Positions 45,501 through 59,101 of a stretch of DNA of 64,000 nt are shown piece by piece. Where the stretch lies: assembly GCF_009914755.1 (NCBI RefSeq), contig NC_060931.1; one strand, given 5' to 3'. The notes under the pieces were generated by a model. The model made no database searches and had not been told where the DNA came from. It saw nothing but the letters and a program-made list of their open reading frames with translations. Every line of letters begins with the position of its first letter. Position 1 is the first letter of the stretch. Made by a program: the position numbers and the translations under genes. Origin of the DNA: the human T2T-CHM13v2.0 reference genome, Homo sapiens.

Positions 45501-46447
45501 CATTGCATTTTGAATCATTCTATGAATCGAGAATGCATTGACCAATAGTGCCTAATAAATAATATCATCTCATTTTTATTTCTGGTGTGAAATAAATAGT
45601 AGTTATCAAATGAATCCTCACAGTCACATATTTCTGATCATATTTCCCATTTTTTAAAAAGTTTACATACTTTCCTTATTTTAATCTATTCCCCTGAAAC
45701 TAAAATTAGAGCTGCTGTAGTCATACGCTGGATATTTGTTCTTTAAACTCATATATGGATAAGTGAAGATATCTGTGTCCAATGTAGTGAAAAAACAAAC
45801 AATGGTGCCCAATTCTCCATTCCAAATGCAAGGAGGTAATAAGAAATTTGAGACACACTGCTTCCTAAGAATAAATGGTAAGAAGTTTCTGAAAATTCGA
45901 TTGGTTGTAAACTCTGAATACTACAACAAGGTTTACTAAAATTGTGGTGAAATATAAAAACCATTTAAAAAAAAGAGAATAGCATAAAAGATTACATTCC
46001 AAGTGCCTTCATTCTTACATCAAAGAAAACAACTTTTTGAATAAAATATATACTTAAAATCATGAAGAATTATCATTAAGGAATCAAACATTTAAGTCTC
46101 ATAATCTGTTTGAGATTTAAAAATTTTACGATTTTGGTCTAAACTCTAGATTTCTAAGTTAAGATTTGAAGCATATAACCCATTGAATTTATATTACTAA
46201 TTTTGTAATTAAAGTAAAATGTTCAACTGATAGAGCTTTTATGAGCATTTTTATCAATACTCTCCATAAAACCTCCTTTAAAACAAACACAGTAAATCAA
46301 AAGAAGGAATAGAAGAAAAACAGAGGACTGTCAATTTCTCAAGAAAAACACTTACTTAATTCTCATTTATTCTTTGCAGACACCTGTTGGAAGTGGATGG
46401 TAACATACATGGCTGAACTAATATGTTATTTTTTTTGTTTGTTTTAG

Positions 46448-46651
46448 GGGCTGATGTTATCAACTTTGATGGCCATGTTGTATTACCATATAGATTCAGA
46501 AACAAGAAGATGAAAACACTGAAAGATGTCATTGCCTTGAACTTTAAGACGTCTGAAAGTGAAGGAGTAATCCTGCACGGAGAAGGACAGCAAGGAGATT
46601 ACATTACCTTGGAACTGAAAAAAGCCAAGCTGGTCCTCAGTTTAAACTTAG
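46448..46651 (+). CDS. CNTNAP2: CNTNAP2 internal coding exon (exon 5 by recall), N-terminal part of laminin-G domain 1
   Basis: Translates (W)[67 protein letters not shown](G), which I recognise as CASPR2. Acceptor ttttttttgtttgttttag|GG with branch-like ctaat just upstream; donor TTAG|gtgtgt. 204 bp, phase 1-1. Confidence 0.97.
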
Positions 46652-46809
46652 GTGTGTTCTGACTGTCAGTTCTATTCTTTCCGTTATGGATGTTCCCATT
46701 AGGAATATGTTCATGTTGCTCAATTCTTTAAAATGTAAATTATAAAAAGAGCTCATGTTATATTTCAATTCATACTTAATCTATAACAGTAGGTATATAA
46801 TGAAACACC

Positions 46810-48120
46810 TAGTCATTCAAAAAATATTTATTAAACACCTCTACTATACAAGTTACTATACTAGTCTTTGGCCTACAGCAAGGAACAAATAGACAAGATC
46901 CTTAAGCTCATTAAGTTCATGACCTAACGGAGGAATCAGACCATATAGCATTTATTATTCTTATTTTAAAACAACTAAGCAAAAATGAATGTCTTCAAAT
47001 AATATATATTATGAACCAGTTGAACAGATTAATATGATAAAGGGACTAGGTTAATACGTCCTGTTCAAAGGCAACAGGGCTAATATTAGAATGTGTGGTG
47101 AAGAAAGACTGCTCTGGGGAGAAAATATTTAAGATGAGATCAGAGTGATGAAAAGGAATTAGCCATGAAAACATGAGAGAAAGAAGATTACATAGGAAGA
47201 GAACATGGAAGACCAAAAGCACGCTCAAGAAGCAGGAAGGATGCCGCCGTGCATAAATGCTGTGAGTTATTAAGACAAAAGATGAAGTCCAAGAGGTGGA
47301 AATTGCCCAAATCCTGTGGGATCCTGCAGGGCATTACAAATTGTTTAGATATTATTTTTAAGAATAGGAAGCTGTTGGAAGTCATTAAACTGTATGGCTT
47401 TATCATCTTATTTTTTATCAAGCGCATTGAGACTTCTGTAAGAAGAATTACTTGTGTAGATATGAGAGTCGCAGCAGAACTTCTGCATAGTTTGGGTGAG
47501 AGATAGTACTGCTTGTATGAGGTGGTTATCAGGGGAGATGCAGAGAAATATGTCAATTAAGGAAATAATTTTAGTGGTACATTCAGCATGACTTATGATG
47601 GGTTGGATATAGCCTAAGAAGAAAAGAGTAGAAATAAAGAATGAGCCCTAGGATTTGGGCTTGAGCACCAAATGGACATTAGTGCCATTTTCAGAAATAG
47701 AGAAGACTTTAGGAGGAATTCTAGAGATCAGTTTGGACATGGTTAATTTGAGCTGCTTATGAAACATCTAAGTAGAACTTTCGATTATGGAAGTTGATAT
47801 ATGAGACTGAGAGAGGAAGACTAAAATGGAGACTAAGTAATTGTGAATATTGAGTAGGAGAAAATGAAGAAAGTGTAGTATCACAGAAATCAAGGAAACA
47901 AAAGAGGTTGTCAACTGTTGAATTCATCTAAATGTCATGTAAGATGAAGACAGAGAGGCAAATATTGGGCTTAACAACATGGAGGTTACTGTTAATTTCT
48001 ACTCTGTGGAATAGAAAAGACAAATTTTGTAGGTAAAAAAGAGAATGAAAGGCGTTAAGTAAATATTTTGACTAACTAGAGAGGAAGAACAGTTAGTTAA
48101 CTGTTAACTAGAAAGAAAGA
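46810..48120 (-). mobile_element. L2 relic
   Basis: cattcaaaaaatattttattaaacacctctacta (L2 3' end) followed by degenerate purine-rich L2 motifs. Confidence 0.6.
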
Positions 48121-48158
48121 ACATAGAGAAATGAAATGTTGGCTGCTGAAAGATCTGA

Positions 48159-48524
<366 letters not shown>

Positions 48525-48654
48525 TAAATGGACAAGACCAATGTATGTTTGTATGTTGATGATGTAGCTAGGATTTACTTAAAGCTAAAGTGAAGATCTG
48601 CAAGATTGGTACTGGCATTCAAAATTACAGTTTAGGCAAAGTAATGGTACCTTT

Positions 48655-51122
48655 TTCTTTTTTTTTTTTTAAATTTAAGTTCATGAATGCATGGGCAGGA
48701 TGTACAACTTTGTTACATAGGTAAACGTGTGCCGTGACGGTTGTCTGCACAGATCATCCCATCACCTAAGTATTAAGGCTGGCATCCATTAGCTATTATT
48801 CTTGATGCTTTCCTTCCTCACCACCTAAACCTCCGACAGACCCCATGTGTGTTGTTCCTCTCTATGTGTCCATATGTTCTCATCATTCAGTTCTCACTTA
48901 TAAGTGAGAACATGTGGTATTTGGCTTTCTGTTCCTGCATTAGTTTGCTGAGGACAATAGCCTCCAGCTCCATCCATGTGCCCGCAAAGGACAGGATCTC
49001 ATTCCTTTTTATGGCTGCGTAGTATTCCATGGTGTATATGTACCACATTTTCTTTACCCAGTCTATCATTGATGGGCATTTAGGTTGATTTCATGTCTTT
49101 GCTATTGTGAATAGTGCTGCAATGAACATATGTATGCATGTATCTTTATAATAGAATAAATTATATTCCTTTGGGTTTATATCCAGTAATGGGATTGCTG
49201 GGTCAAATGGTATTTCTGCCTCTAGGTCTTTGAGGAATCTTCACGCTGTCTTCCACAATGATTGAACTAATTTCCCCTCCCACCAACAGCATAAAAGCTT
49301 TCCTTTTTCTCTGCAACATCACCAGCATCTGTTGTTTTTTGACTTTTTAATAATAGTCATTTTGACTGGTGTGAGATGGTATCTCATTGCAGTTTTGATT
49401 TGCATTTCTCTAATGATCAGTGATGTAGAGATTTTTTTTCATGTTTGTTGGCCACATGTATATCTTCTTTTGAGAATTGTCTGTTCATGTCCTTTGCCCA
49501 CATTTTTATGAGGTTGTTTTTGTCTTGTAAATTTAAGTTCCTTGCAGAAGCTAGATATTAGACCTTTGTCAGATGGATAGATTGCAAAATTTGTTTCTCA
49601 TTCTGTAGGTTGTCTGTTCACTCTGATGACAGTTTCTTTTACTGTGCAGAAGCACTTCAGTTTAATTATATCCCATCTGTCAATTTTTGCTTTTGTTGCA
49701 ATTGCTTTTGGCATCTCCATCATGAAATCTTTGCCTGTGCCCATGTCCTGAATGGAATTGCCTATATAGTCTTCTAAGGTTTTTAGAGTTTTGGGTTTTA
49801 AATTAAAGTCTTTAATTCATTTTGAATTGATTTTTTTGTACAGTGTAAGGAAGGGGTCCAGTTTCAATTTTCTGCATATGACTAGCCAGTTCTTCCAGCA
49901 CCATTTATTCAATGAGGAATCCTTTTCCCATTGCTTGTTTTTGTCAGGTTTGTTGAAGATCAGGTGGTTATAGGTGTATGGTCTTATTTCTGAGTTCTAT
50001 ACTGTGTCCCATTGGTCTATGTGTCTGTTCATATCAGTACCATGCTGTTTTGGTTACAGTAGCCTTGCAGTAGAGTTTGAAGTTGGGTAGTGTGATGCCT
50101 CCAGCTTTGTTCTTTTTTCTTAGGATTGTGTTGGCCATTGGACTCTTTTTTGGTTCCATGTGAATTTTTAAATAGTTTGTTTAAATTCTCTGAAGAATGG
50201 TCAATGGTAGTTTAATGGGAATAGTATTGAATCTATGTATTGCTTTGGGCAATATGGCCATTTTCATGATGTTGATTATTCCTATTCTCCCTATCCATGA
50301 GCATGGAATGTTTTTCCATTTATTTGTGTCATCTCTGATTTCTTTGAGCAGAGGTTTGTAGTTCTTCTTAATAAGGTCCTTCACTTCCCTTGTTAGCTAT
50401 ATCTTAGGTATTTTATATTATTTTTGGCAATTGTGAATGAGAGTTCATTCATAATTTGACTCTCTGATTGCTTATTGTTGGCTTATAGGAATGCTTGTGA
50501 TTTTTATACATTGATTTTGTATCCTGAGACTTTGCTGAAGTTGCTTATCGGCTTAAGAATCTTTTGGGCTGAGATGATGAGGTTTCCTAGTTACAGGATC
50601 ATGACATCTGCAAAGATAATTTGACTTCCTTTCTTCCTATTTGAATACCCTTTGTTTCTTTCTCTTGTCTGATTGCCCTGGCCAGGATAGCCAATACTGT
50701 GTTGAATAGTCACGGTGAGAGAAGGCATCCTTGTCTTGTGACAGTTTTCTGTGGAATGCTTCCAGCTTTTCCCCATTCAGTATGATATTGGCTGTGGGTT
50801 TGTCATAGATGGCTCTTACTATTTTGAGGTATGTTCCTTCAAAACCTAGTTAACTGAGAGTTTTTAATATAAAGGGATGTTGAATTTTATTCAAGAACTT
50901 TTCTGCATCTACTGAGATAATCATGTGGTTTTTGTCTTTAGATCTCTTTGTGTGATTAATCACATTTATTGATATGTGTATGTTGAACCAACCCTACATC
51001 TCAGGGATGAGGCCTACATGATTACAGTGAATACCCATTTTGATGTGCTGCTGGATTCAGTTTGCCATAACTTTGTTAAGCATTTTTGCATAGATGTTCA
51101 TCAAAAATATTTGCCCGAAGTT

Positions 51123-51153
<31 letters not shown>

Positions 51154-54100
51154 ATATCCACCAGGTTTTGGTACCAGGATGATGCTGGCCTCATAGAGTG
51201 TGCTAGAGAGGAGTCCTTCCTTTTCAGGTTTTTGGAATAGTTTGAATAGGCATGTTATCAGCTCTTCTTTGGACCTCTGGTAGAATGCAGCTGTGAGTCT
51301 GTCTCGTCCTGGGCTTTTTCTGGTTGGTAGGCTATTTATTACTGCCTCAATTTCAGAAGTCATTATTGGTCTGGCTTAGGGAATCAATTTCTTTCTGGTT
51401 CAGTCTTGGGAGGGTGCATGTGTCCAGAAATTTTCCATTTCTTCTAGATTTTCTAGTTTATGTGCATAGAGGTGTTCATAGCATTCTCTGATGGTACAGA
51501 GAATACTATAAAAATAATAGAGAAATACAAACATATTTCTATAGGGAAATACAAATGTATTTCTGTGAGGTCAGTGGTGATGCCCCCCTTACGATTTCTG
51601 GTTGTGTTTATTTGAATCGTCTCTCTTTTGTTCTTTATTATTCTAGCTAATGGACTATTTTATTAATTATTTCAAAAAACCAGTGTATTAAATTCTCACA
51701 CTGGTATAAAGAACTGCCCAAGACTGAGTGATTTATTAAAAAAAAAAAAGAGGTTTACTTGACTTACAGTTTCACATGGCTGGAGAGGCCTCAGGAAACT
51801 TACAATCAGGGCCGAAAGGGAAGCAAACACATCCTTCTTCACATGGCGGCAGGAGAGAGAAGTGCAGAGTGAAGTCGGGGAAAGCCCTTTATAAAAACAC
51901 CAGATGTCATGAGAACTCAATCACTATGATGAGAACAGCAAGGGGAACCACCCCCATGACGTCCCTCCCCCAACACATGGGGATTATAATTTGGATTACA
52001 ATTCAAGATACGATTTGGGTGGGAACACAGAGCCAGATCATATCAACCAGCTCCAGGATTTATTGATTTTTTGAAGGATTTTTTTGTGTGTGCCTCTCTA
52101 TTCCACTTCAGTTTAGCTCTGATCTTGGTTATTTCTTGTCTTCTACTAGCTTTGGGGTTTGTTTGCTCTTGGTTCTCTAATTCTTTTAGTTGTGATGCTA
52201 GGTTGCTAACTTGAGGTACTTCTAGCTGTTTGATGTGGGCATTTAGGGCCACAAATTTCCCTCTTAACACTGCTTTAACTGCATCCCAGAGATTCTGGTA
52301 CTTTGTATCTTTGTTCTCATTAGTTTCAAAGAAATTCTTGATTTCTGCCTTAATTTCATTATTTACCCAAGAGTCACTAAGGAGCAGGTTGTTCACTTTC
52401 CATGTAGTTGTGTCGTTTTGAGAGAATTTCTTAATCATAAGTTCTAATTTGATTGTGCTGTGGTCTGAGAGACTGTTATGATTTCAGTCCTTTTTCATTT
52501 GCTGTTGAGTGTTTTACTTTCAATTATGTCATCAATTTTAGAGTAAGTGCTGTGTAGTGATGAGAAGTATGCATATTCTGTTGTCTTGGGATGGAGAATT
52601 CTGTATATATCTATCAGGTCTACTTGATCCAAAGCTGAGTTCAAGTCCTGGATGTCTTTGTTAATTTTCTGCCTCGATGATCTGTCTAATATTGTCAGTG
52701 GGGTATTAAAGTCTCCCACTATTATTGTGTAGGAATCTAAGTCTCTTTGAAGATCTCTAAGAACTTGCTTTATGAATCTGGGTGCTCCTGTACTGGGTGC
52801 ATATATATTTATGATAGTTAACTCTTCTTGTTGAATTTAGCCTTTTACCATTAGGTAATGCCCTTCTTTGTGTTTTTTGATCTTTGGTGGGTTAAAGTCT
52901 GTTTTGTCAGAAACTACAATTGCAACCCCTGCTTTTTTCTGTTTTCCATTTGCTTGGTACATTTTTCTCCATCCTTTATTTTGAGCTTATGTGTGTGTTT
53001 GCATGTGAGATGGGTCTCTTGAAGACAGCATACCATTGGGTCTTGGCTCTTTATCCAGCTTGCCAGTCTGTGTCTTTTAACTGGGGCATTTAACCCATTT
53101 ACATTTAAGGTTAGTATTGTTATGTGTGGATTTGATCCTGTCATCATGCTGCTAGCTGGTTAGTTTGCAGGCTTGTTTATGTGATTGCTTCATAGTGTCA
53201 CTGGTCTGTGTATTTCGATGTGTTTCTGTAGTGGCTGGTAATGGTTTTTCCTTTTCATATTTAGTGCTTTCTTCAGGAGCTCTTGCAAGGCAGGACTGGT
53301 GGTAATAAATTCTCTCAGCATTTGCTTGTCTGAAAAGGATCTTATTTCTCCTTCACTTATGAAGCTTAGTTTGACTGGATGTGAAGTTCTGGGTTGGAAA
53401 TTCTTTTCTTTAAGAATATTGATTATTGGCCCCCAATCTCTTCTAGCTTGTAGAGTTTCTGCTGAGAGGGCTGCTTTTAGTCAGATGGGCTTCCCTTAGT
53501 GGGTGACCTGGCCTTTCAGCCTTTCTCTCTGGCTGCCTTTAACATTTTTTCTTTAATTTCAACCTCAGAGAATCTGATGATTATGTGTCTTGGGGATGAT
53601 CATCTTGTGGAGTATCTTACTGAGGTTCTCTGCATTTCCTGAATTTGAATGTTGGCCTTCTTCCTAGGTTGGGGAAGTTCTCCTGGATCATATCCTGAAG
53701 TATGTTTTCCAACTTGATTCCATTCTCCCGGTCTCTCCCAGGTACACCAATCAGTTGAAGGTTTAGTTTCTTTACATAATTCCATATTTCTCAGAGGTTT
53801 TGTTAATTCCTTTTCATTCTTTTTTCTCTATTCTTGTCTGCCTGTCTTATTTCAGAAAGTTAGGCTTCAAGCTCCGAGATTTCTTCCTCTGCTTGGTCTG
53901 CCTGCTATTAATACTTGTGATTGCATTGTAGTAGTGTGTTTTTCAGCTCTAACATGTCAATTATATTCCTCTCTAACCTGGGTGTTCTGGCTATCAGATC
54001 CCATATTGTATTACCATGATTCTTAGCTTCTCTGCATGGGGTACAACATGCTCCTTTACTTCAGTGAAGTTTGTTATTACCCACCTTCTGCAGCCTACTT

Positions 54101-55900
54101 CTGTCATTTCAGCCATCTCAGCCTTAGCCCAGTTCTGAGCGCTTGCTGGAGAGGTGTTGCAATCATTTGGAGGAAAAGGGGCACTCGGCTTTTTGATTTT
54201 TCAGAATTTTTTGCATTGATTGCTTCTCATCTTTGGTGTCTTATCTACCTTCAATGTTTGAAGTTGCTGATTTGGAGATGGAGTTTTGTGGGGTTTGTTG
54301 TTGTTGTTGTTTTGTGTTTGTTTTTCTTTTAATAGCCCTGTAGAAGTCTGGCCACTCATCCATAGGGCTATTGTGGTTTGCTGGGAGTCCACTCGAGACA
54401 CTAGTTGCCTCTGTTTTTCCTGTACCTGGAAGTATAATATCAGCAATGAAGCCTGCAGGACAGCAAAGTTGGCAGCCTGCTGCTTCCTCTGGAAGTTCCA
54501 TGCTAGGGATAACTGACCTATTGCTGGCCCAAGTGTGCCTGGAGGAAGTGGTTGGAGACTACTGTTGGGAGGTCTCATTCAGTCAGGAGGAATGAGGTCA
54601 GGGATTGACTTAAAAAAGCAGTCTGGCTGCTTTTTGATAGAGCCACTGTGCTGTGTTGGAGATTTCTTCAGCCCCTAATCGGTTTGGGCTCTCCAAGGCC
54701 CACAGGCTGGACTAGCTGAGAAGCCTGAATGTCCAAGTTGGTGACCTGCCCCACCCTTCAGGCACTTTGTCCCGTGGAGAACACAGGCAGGGGTGGCCAG
54801 AGGCCCCAGCTGGGACAACCTGCCCTGGGAAGAAGAATGGATGGGGGGATGGGGCAGTTAAAGAAACAGTCTGGTCACACCTTGACAAAACAGCTATGTT
54901 GTGGTGAGGAACTGCCTCTGCCCCCATCAGCTTGGACTCTCCAAAGCCCACAGGCTGTGGAATGACTGAATTGTCCAAACAACCCAGGTGGTGACCCTCC
55001 CCTCCCTTGGTCACTCCATCCCAGGGATAGAAAATAGCTCTGTCATGCAGGCAGGTGTGGTTGGAGGGCCCCAGCTGGGAGGTCCCACCCAGTAGGAAGA
55101 ATGGATCAGGGCTCTGCTTAAAGAAGCAGTCTGGCCATGATCTGGCAAAGCCACTGTGTTACGCTGCTGGGGAAACCTTCCTCCTTGTCTGGACTCTTTG
55201 GACTCTCCAAAGCCCACAGGCTGCAAAGGCCCAGTCGACCAAATAGCAGAGATGGTGTCTGTACCTCTCCTCGAGGCTCCATCTGGTCTCAAGAAGGCTT
55301 TGTCCTGATGACAGTGGCTGGCTGAAATTCCAAGCCAGTGGGTCTTTTCTTGTAGGGTGCCATGGAAATGGGGCCCACAGAACAATGCCATTCGGCTCCC
55401 TGGATTCTGCCCCCTTCCTAGGAGTATGTGCAGACCTCCCGCCTTGCCTGAGTTGCAGACACCTTTGTTGGAAATCCCAGGGTGGAGTTTGTAAAGCTCC
55501 ACCCTGTCTCTGTGCATGATTGAGCAGTTGTTCTGCCAAGACTCCACACAGCTCTGTGTGTCAGACCCAAGGCTCTGGTGTCATGGGCTCACAAGATCTC
55601 CTAATCTGTGAGTTGCAGAAATCCATGGGAGAAGCATGGTTTCTTGGGGTCACATAGTCACTCACTGCTTCCCTTGGCAGGGGTTGGGGGTTCCCTTGGC
55701 TCCACGTCGCTCCTGGGTAGGCTGTAGCCCCATCCTGCTTTCCTTCATTCTCCTTGTGTGAAGTTGTTTCCCTAATCCGTCTCCATGTGAGAACCTGAAT
55801 ATTTCATTTGAAAAGGCTGTATTTACTGATCCCTTCCATTCCTCTCCTTGAGCACTGCAGACTTCAGCTGCTTCTCATCAGCCATCTTGGCCCCTATCTC
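48655..55900 (-). mobile_element. Near-full-length, decayed older L1PA (about PA8-PA13)
   Basis: Minus-strand ORF fragments match ORF2 endonuclease (MTGSNPHITILTLNVNGLN; GDFNTPL), RT-region and C-terminal parts, plus ORF1 pieces. 5' end ggggccaagatggc at ~55893; poly-T at ~48655; possible TSD acct(t/g)tttct. Confidence 0.93.
51684..52045 (-). mobile_element. THE1C/D-like solo LTR inserted in L1 ORF2
   Basis: 362 bp, TG...CA, perfect TSD accag (51679-51683 and 52046-52050). Confidence 0.9.
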
Positions 55901-56812
55901 ACCTGTTTCTCTTGATTGGCTAAAAATTCTAGGCTATTTGATTTATTTGGCAATTACCAATTTGAGTGGTCCAAACATTCCTGAATATGACTTGTATCTC
56001 ATATATTAACTTTTATTACTTTGAAATTCAGTATTATACTAAAAATTGCAACTTCACTTAGGCTATTTTTGTAGGTAATGATACATTACCTTAAAGATGT
56101 ACCCTTGATTATAAAACTTTTCACATTAAAGATCTGATCTGATAGACACAATAGCTTCTATAACAAAGAAGAAAAGTCACACAAAATTCGCCATCACTTA
56201 GTTACATAAAATATTATTTTTTACATTAAAATAAAAGTAACATTAAAATGCATGCAAAACCTGGGAAATACAAATGTCAAATATACTGGTTTAATATAAA
56301 TCATGAATAAGAAATTATACCACTGCATAATAATACCAAGACATTAGGAGAAAATATAGGCAAATGATATACAAGATAACTCATAAAAGAAAAAAATATT
56401 ATATAAACACCCAATGCTTAATTTTTATCAAGTAAGTAAATACATTTTAAAGTGATACTTTCAGTGTTGGTATTTGACAAAATGGATCCTTTGTATTGTT
56501 CTGCAAGTCAGAAAATACTTTCAGGAAAATAGCTAGACAGTATGTCTTCGGACACTTGAAATCTCTTACAATACAGTATTTTGGTCCAAAAATCATAAGG
56601 CAAAAAAAGAAATGACCACTAGGATTTAAGTCCAAATATGTAATTTGCAACATTAATTACAATGTCAAAAATTGGGAAAAAATTAAACACATAGAAATAT
56701 GTTGATAGCATTTAAAATGTGCTAACTTTTAATTGTATGGGGAAATATATAATATTAAGTAAAACTTGTAGGATACAAAATGTATCAATCTATCGATCTA
56801 ATTAAATATATG

Positions 56813-57145
56813 CAGTCATGTGTCACTTTAAAATGGGGATGCGTTCTGAGAAATTCTGTGTGAGTTTCAACACTTTGTAAATACAAGAGTCTGCAAAGAC
56901 AAACGTAAATTGTATAGCCTATTACACACCTAGGCTATATGGTAGAGCTTATTGCTCCTAGTGTAGAAATCTGTATAGCATGTTACTGTACTGAATACTT
57001 TAGGCAACTGTGTAAAAAACTGGTAAGTATTTGCATATCAAAAAATAGAATGGATACAGTGAAAATACAGTATTAAATTTGATGTTAACACCATTATATA
57101 TGAAGCCCATCGTTGAAAGAAATGTCATTATGTGGTGCATGACTG
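56813..57145 (+). mobile_element. Tigger3a/MER7A-like DNA transposon
   Basis: Terminal inverted repeats cagtcatg...catgactg; internal acacctaggctatatggta motif. Confidence 0.85.
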
Positions 57146-58000
57146 TTTGTGGAAAACATATGAAAGAAAATAGACCAAATTATTTTTAGAGGTGGAAATA
57201 TTTTTGCATTACATTTCACTTGTTTCTTCATAATATTCTCTGCTTCTAATAACGAACGTGTATTCATTGTGCTACCAGGGGAAAATAGCCTGAAATTATT
57301 TTTAAAACAAGACCCAATAGAGGAAAAGAAGGAAGAGCAGGGGGAGAGTAACCAGAAACAAAAGACATTTTTGTTTTTTGTACACATAAAAACATTTTAT
57401 GTGTACTTCCATAAAATATGCACACATGCACACGTGTGCACACACACACACTGCAGTTGAATTATATCTAAAGATGTTTATTTTTTCAAACTTTTCATTT
57501 TTTATCCCAAATGAAACATGTAGAGTAACCTTTTAAAATCAACTGTGGCTTATAGCAGTGTGACATTACTGTTTTCAAAGAAGTAACTGACTTTGTGACC
57601 TTACCAAAAAAAGTTTATTAGCTTTACATTGGAAAGCAGTTTACTGATGGAGTTTTACTGACTGACTGGAATTTACAACAGCCAGGGAGAAATATCCACT
57701 CAAATATCTACTGCCATTCTTTAATGCAGTTACCTAAATATCAGACGTGTCTACCTGCTGCTCAGTCTACTAGTGTAAATATTTAAATAAAACTCAGTGT
57801 GACCTTTTCACTTAGTTCTGAATTTTCTTCCTCTCTCTTCCTCTTCCTCCTCTTGTCCCTCTCCTTTTCCTTGTCTCATTTTACGCATACACACTGATTT
57901 ACCATCACACATCAACATTTGATTTCATCACCATAAAAGAAGAAAATATGTTCTAGGAAGATAATAGAAAATGTAAGGTATGGGGGCATTAGCATACAAA

Positions 58001-58100
58001 GGGAGAAAGGAAGGAAGGAAGGAAGGAGGGAGTGTGGGAGGGGAAAGAAAGGGAGAGGAAAGAAAGAAAGAAGGAAAGGAAGGAAGGAAGGAAGGAAGAA
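58001..58100. repeat. (GGAA)n / GA-rich simple repeat
   Basis: Directly visible. Confidence 0.85.
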
Positions 58101-58519
58101 TTTAGTGTGACAGTCAATTGTTTATCTCTTATTTCCATTATGCTATTTATTCTGAAACCCTATTATATTTTTATAGTGATTAATTTTGCCTGACCATAAA
58201 AAGCAATTCTTGAATAGACAACATAGATGAAACAAACTATGTAAACTTTATCCAGGGATGACCTTAATAAATATGTTAGATTCTAACAATCTTTTACTTT
58301 TATTTATAGTTTTGTTGCTATGGAGATCTTATTTCAGAACTAAAAGCTACATATATAATTCTGAATGTTATCATTTTAATTAAAAGATAACAAGTAAATT
58401 TTCTATGCCATTAACAATTGCATATTGTTCTCTTTACAACAATGTCTTTTGGAGTCAATGAAAATTAAAAATGGTCTTGCTATGTGGTCTTAATAATAAT
58501 TATAACAGTCATAAAAGAT

Positions 58520-58720
58520 TAACAGGTAACAGTTATGTTCACTATATGCCAGAAAGTGTATTAAATTCTTTGCCTGTACTAACTCATTTAATCCTCATGC
58601 AACCTTACAAAGCAGGTACTATTATCTTCCCTATTGTATATATGAGAAAATGGAGACCAAGCATTCTCAACTTGTCCTGGAACCCAAGCTAAAAGTGGAG
58701 CCAGCATCAGAACCCAGAAG
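58520..58720 (-). mobile_element. MIR
   Basis: aactcatttaatcctcatgcaacc...aggtactattatcttccctatt core. Confidence 0.7.
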
Positions 58721-58880
58721 GCTTCTGTAAAAGCCCACGTGACACTGACTTTATAACAAACCTACCAAAATTTAGCAGAATTCATTGCACAGTCATAAAA
58801 CACTCATTTTCCCCCTTTTTAAAAAAGCACTTTTTTCCATGTTTAATAACTTGTACGTACTTTGAACATAAAGTATTTTT

Positions 58881-59101
58881 TTACTATTACATTTTATTTT
58901 ATTTATTTATTTATTTTTCTTTTTTTTCATTTATTATTATTATACTTTAAGTTTTAGGGTACATGTGCACAATGTGCTGGTTAGTTACATATGTATACAT
59001 GTGACATGCTGGTGCGCTGCACCCACTAACTCGTCATCTAGCATTAGGTATATCTCCCAATGCTATCCCTCCCCCCTACCCCCATCCCACAACAGTCCCC
59101 A
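58881..59101 (-). mobile_element. Young L1 (L1PA2-like) 3'-end fragment
   Basis: gctggtgcgctgcacccactaactcgtcatctagcattaggtatatctcccaatgc (GAG, not the Ta ACA); perfect 17-bp TSD gaacataaagtattttt (58864-58880 and 59102-59118). Confidence 0.92.

Noticed and set aside
46380-46399. Possible 20-nt microexon (cag|...ATG|gtaaca)
   Set aside because: The following intron would be only 48 nt, below the usual minimum for human introns.
46423-46447. ORF-track N-terminal extensions of the two exons (also 59224-59272)
   Set aside because: They are polypyrimidine tracts upstream of the AG acceptors, not coding sequence.
48887-55547. Many minus-strand ORFs resembling endonuclease/reverse transcriptase
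   Set aside because: Broken pieces of one decayed L1 with stops, frameshifts and an LTR insertion; not an active element.
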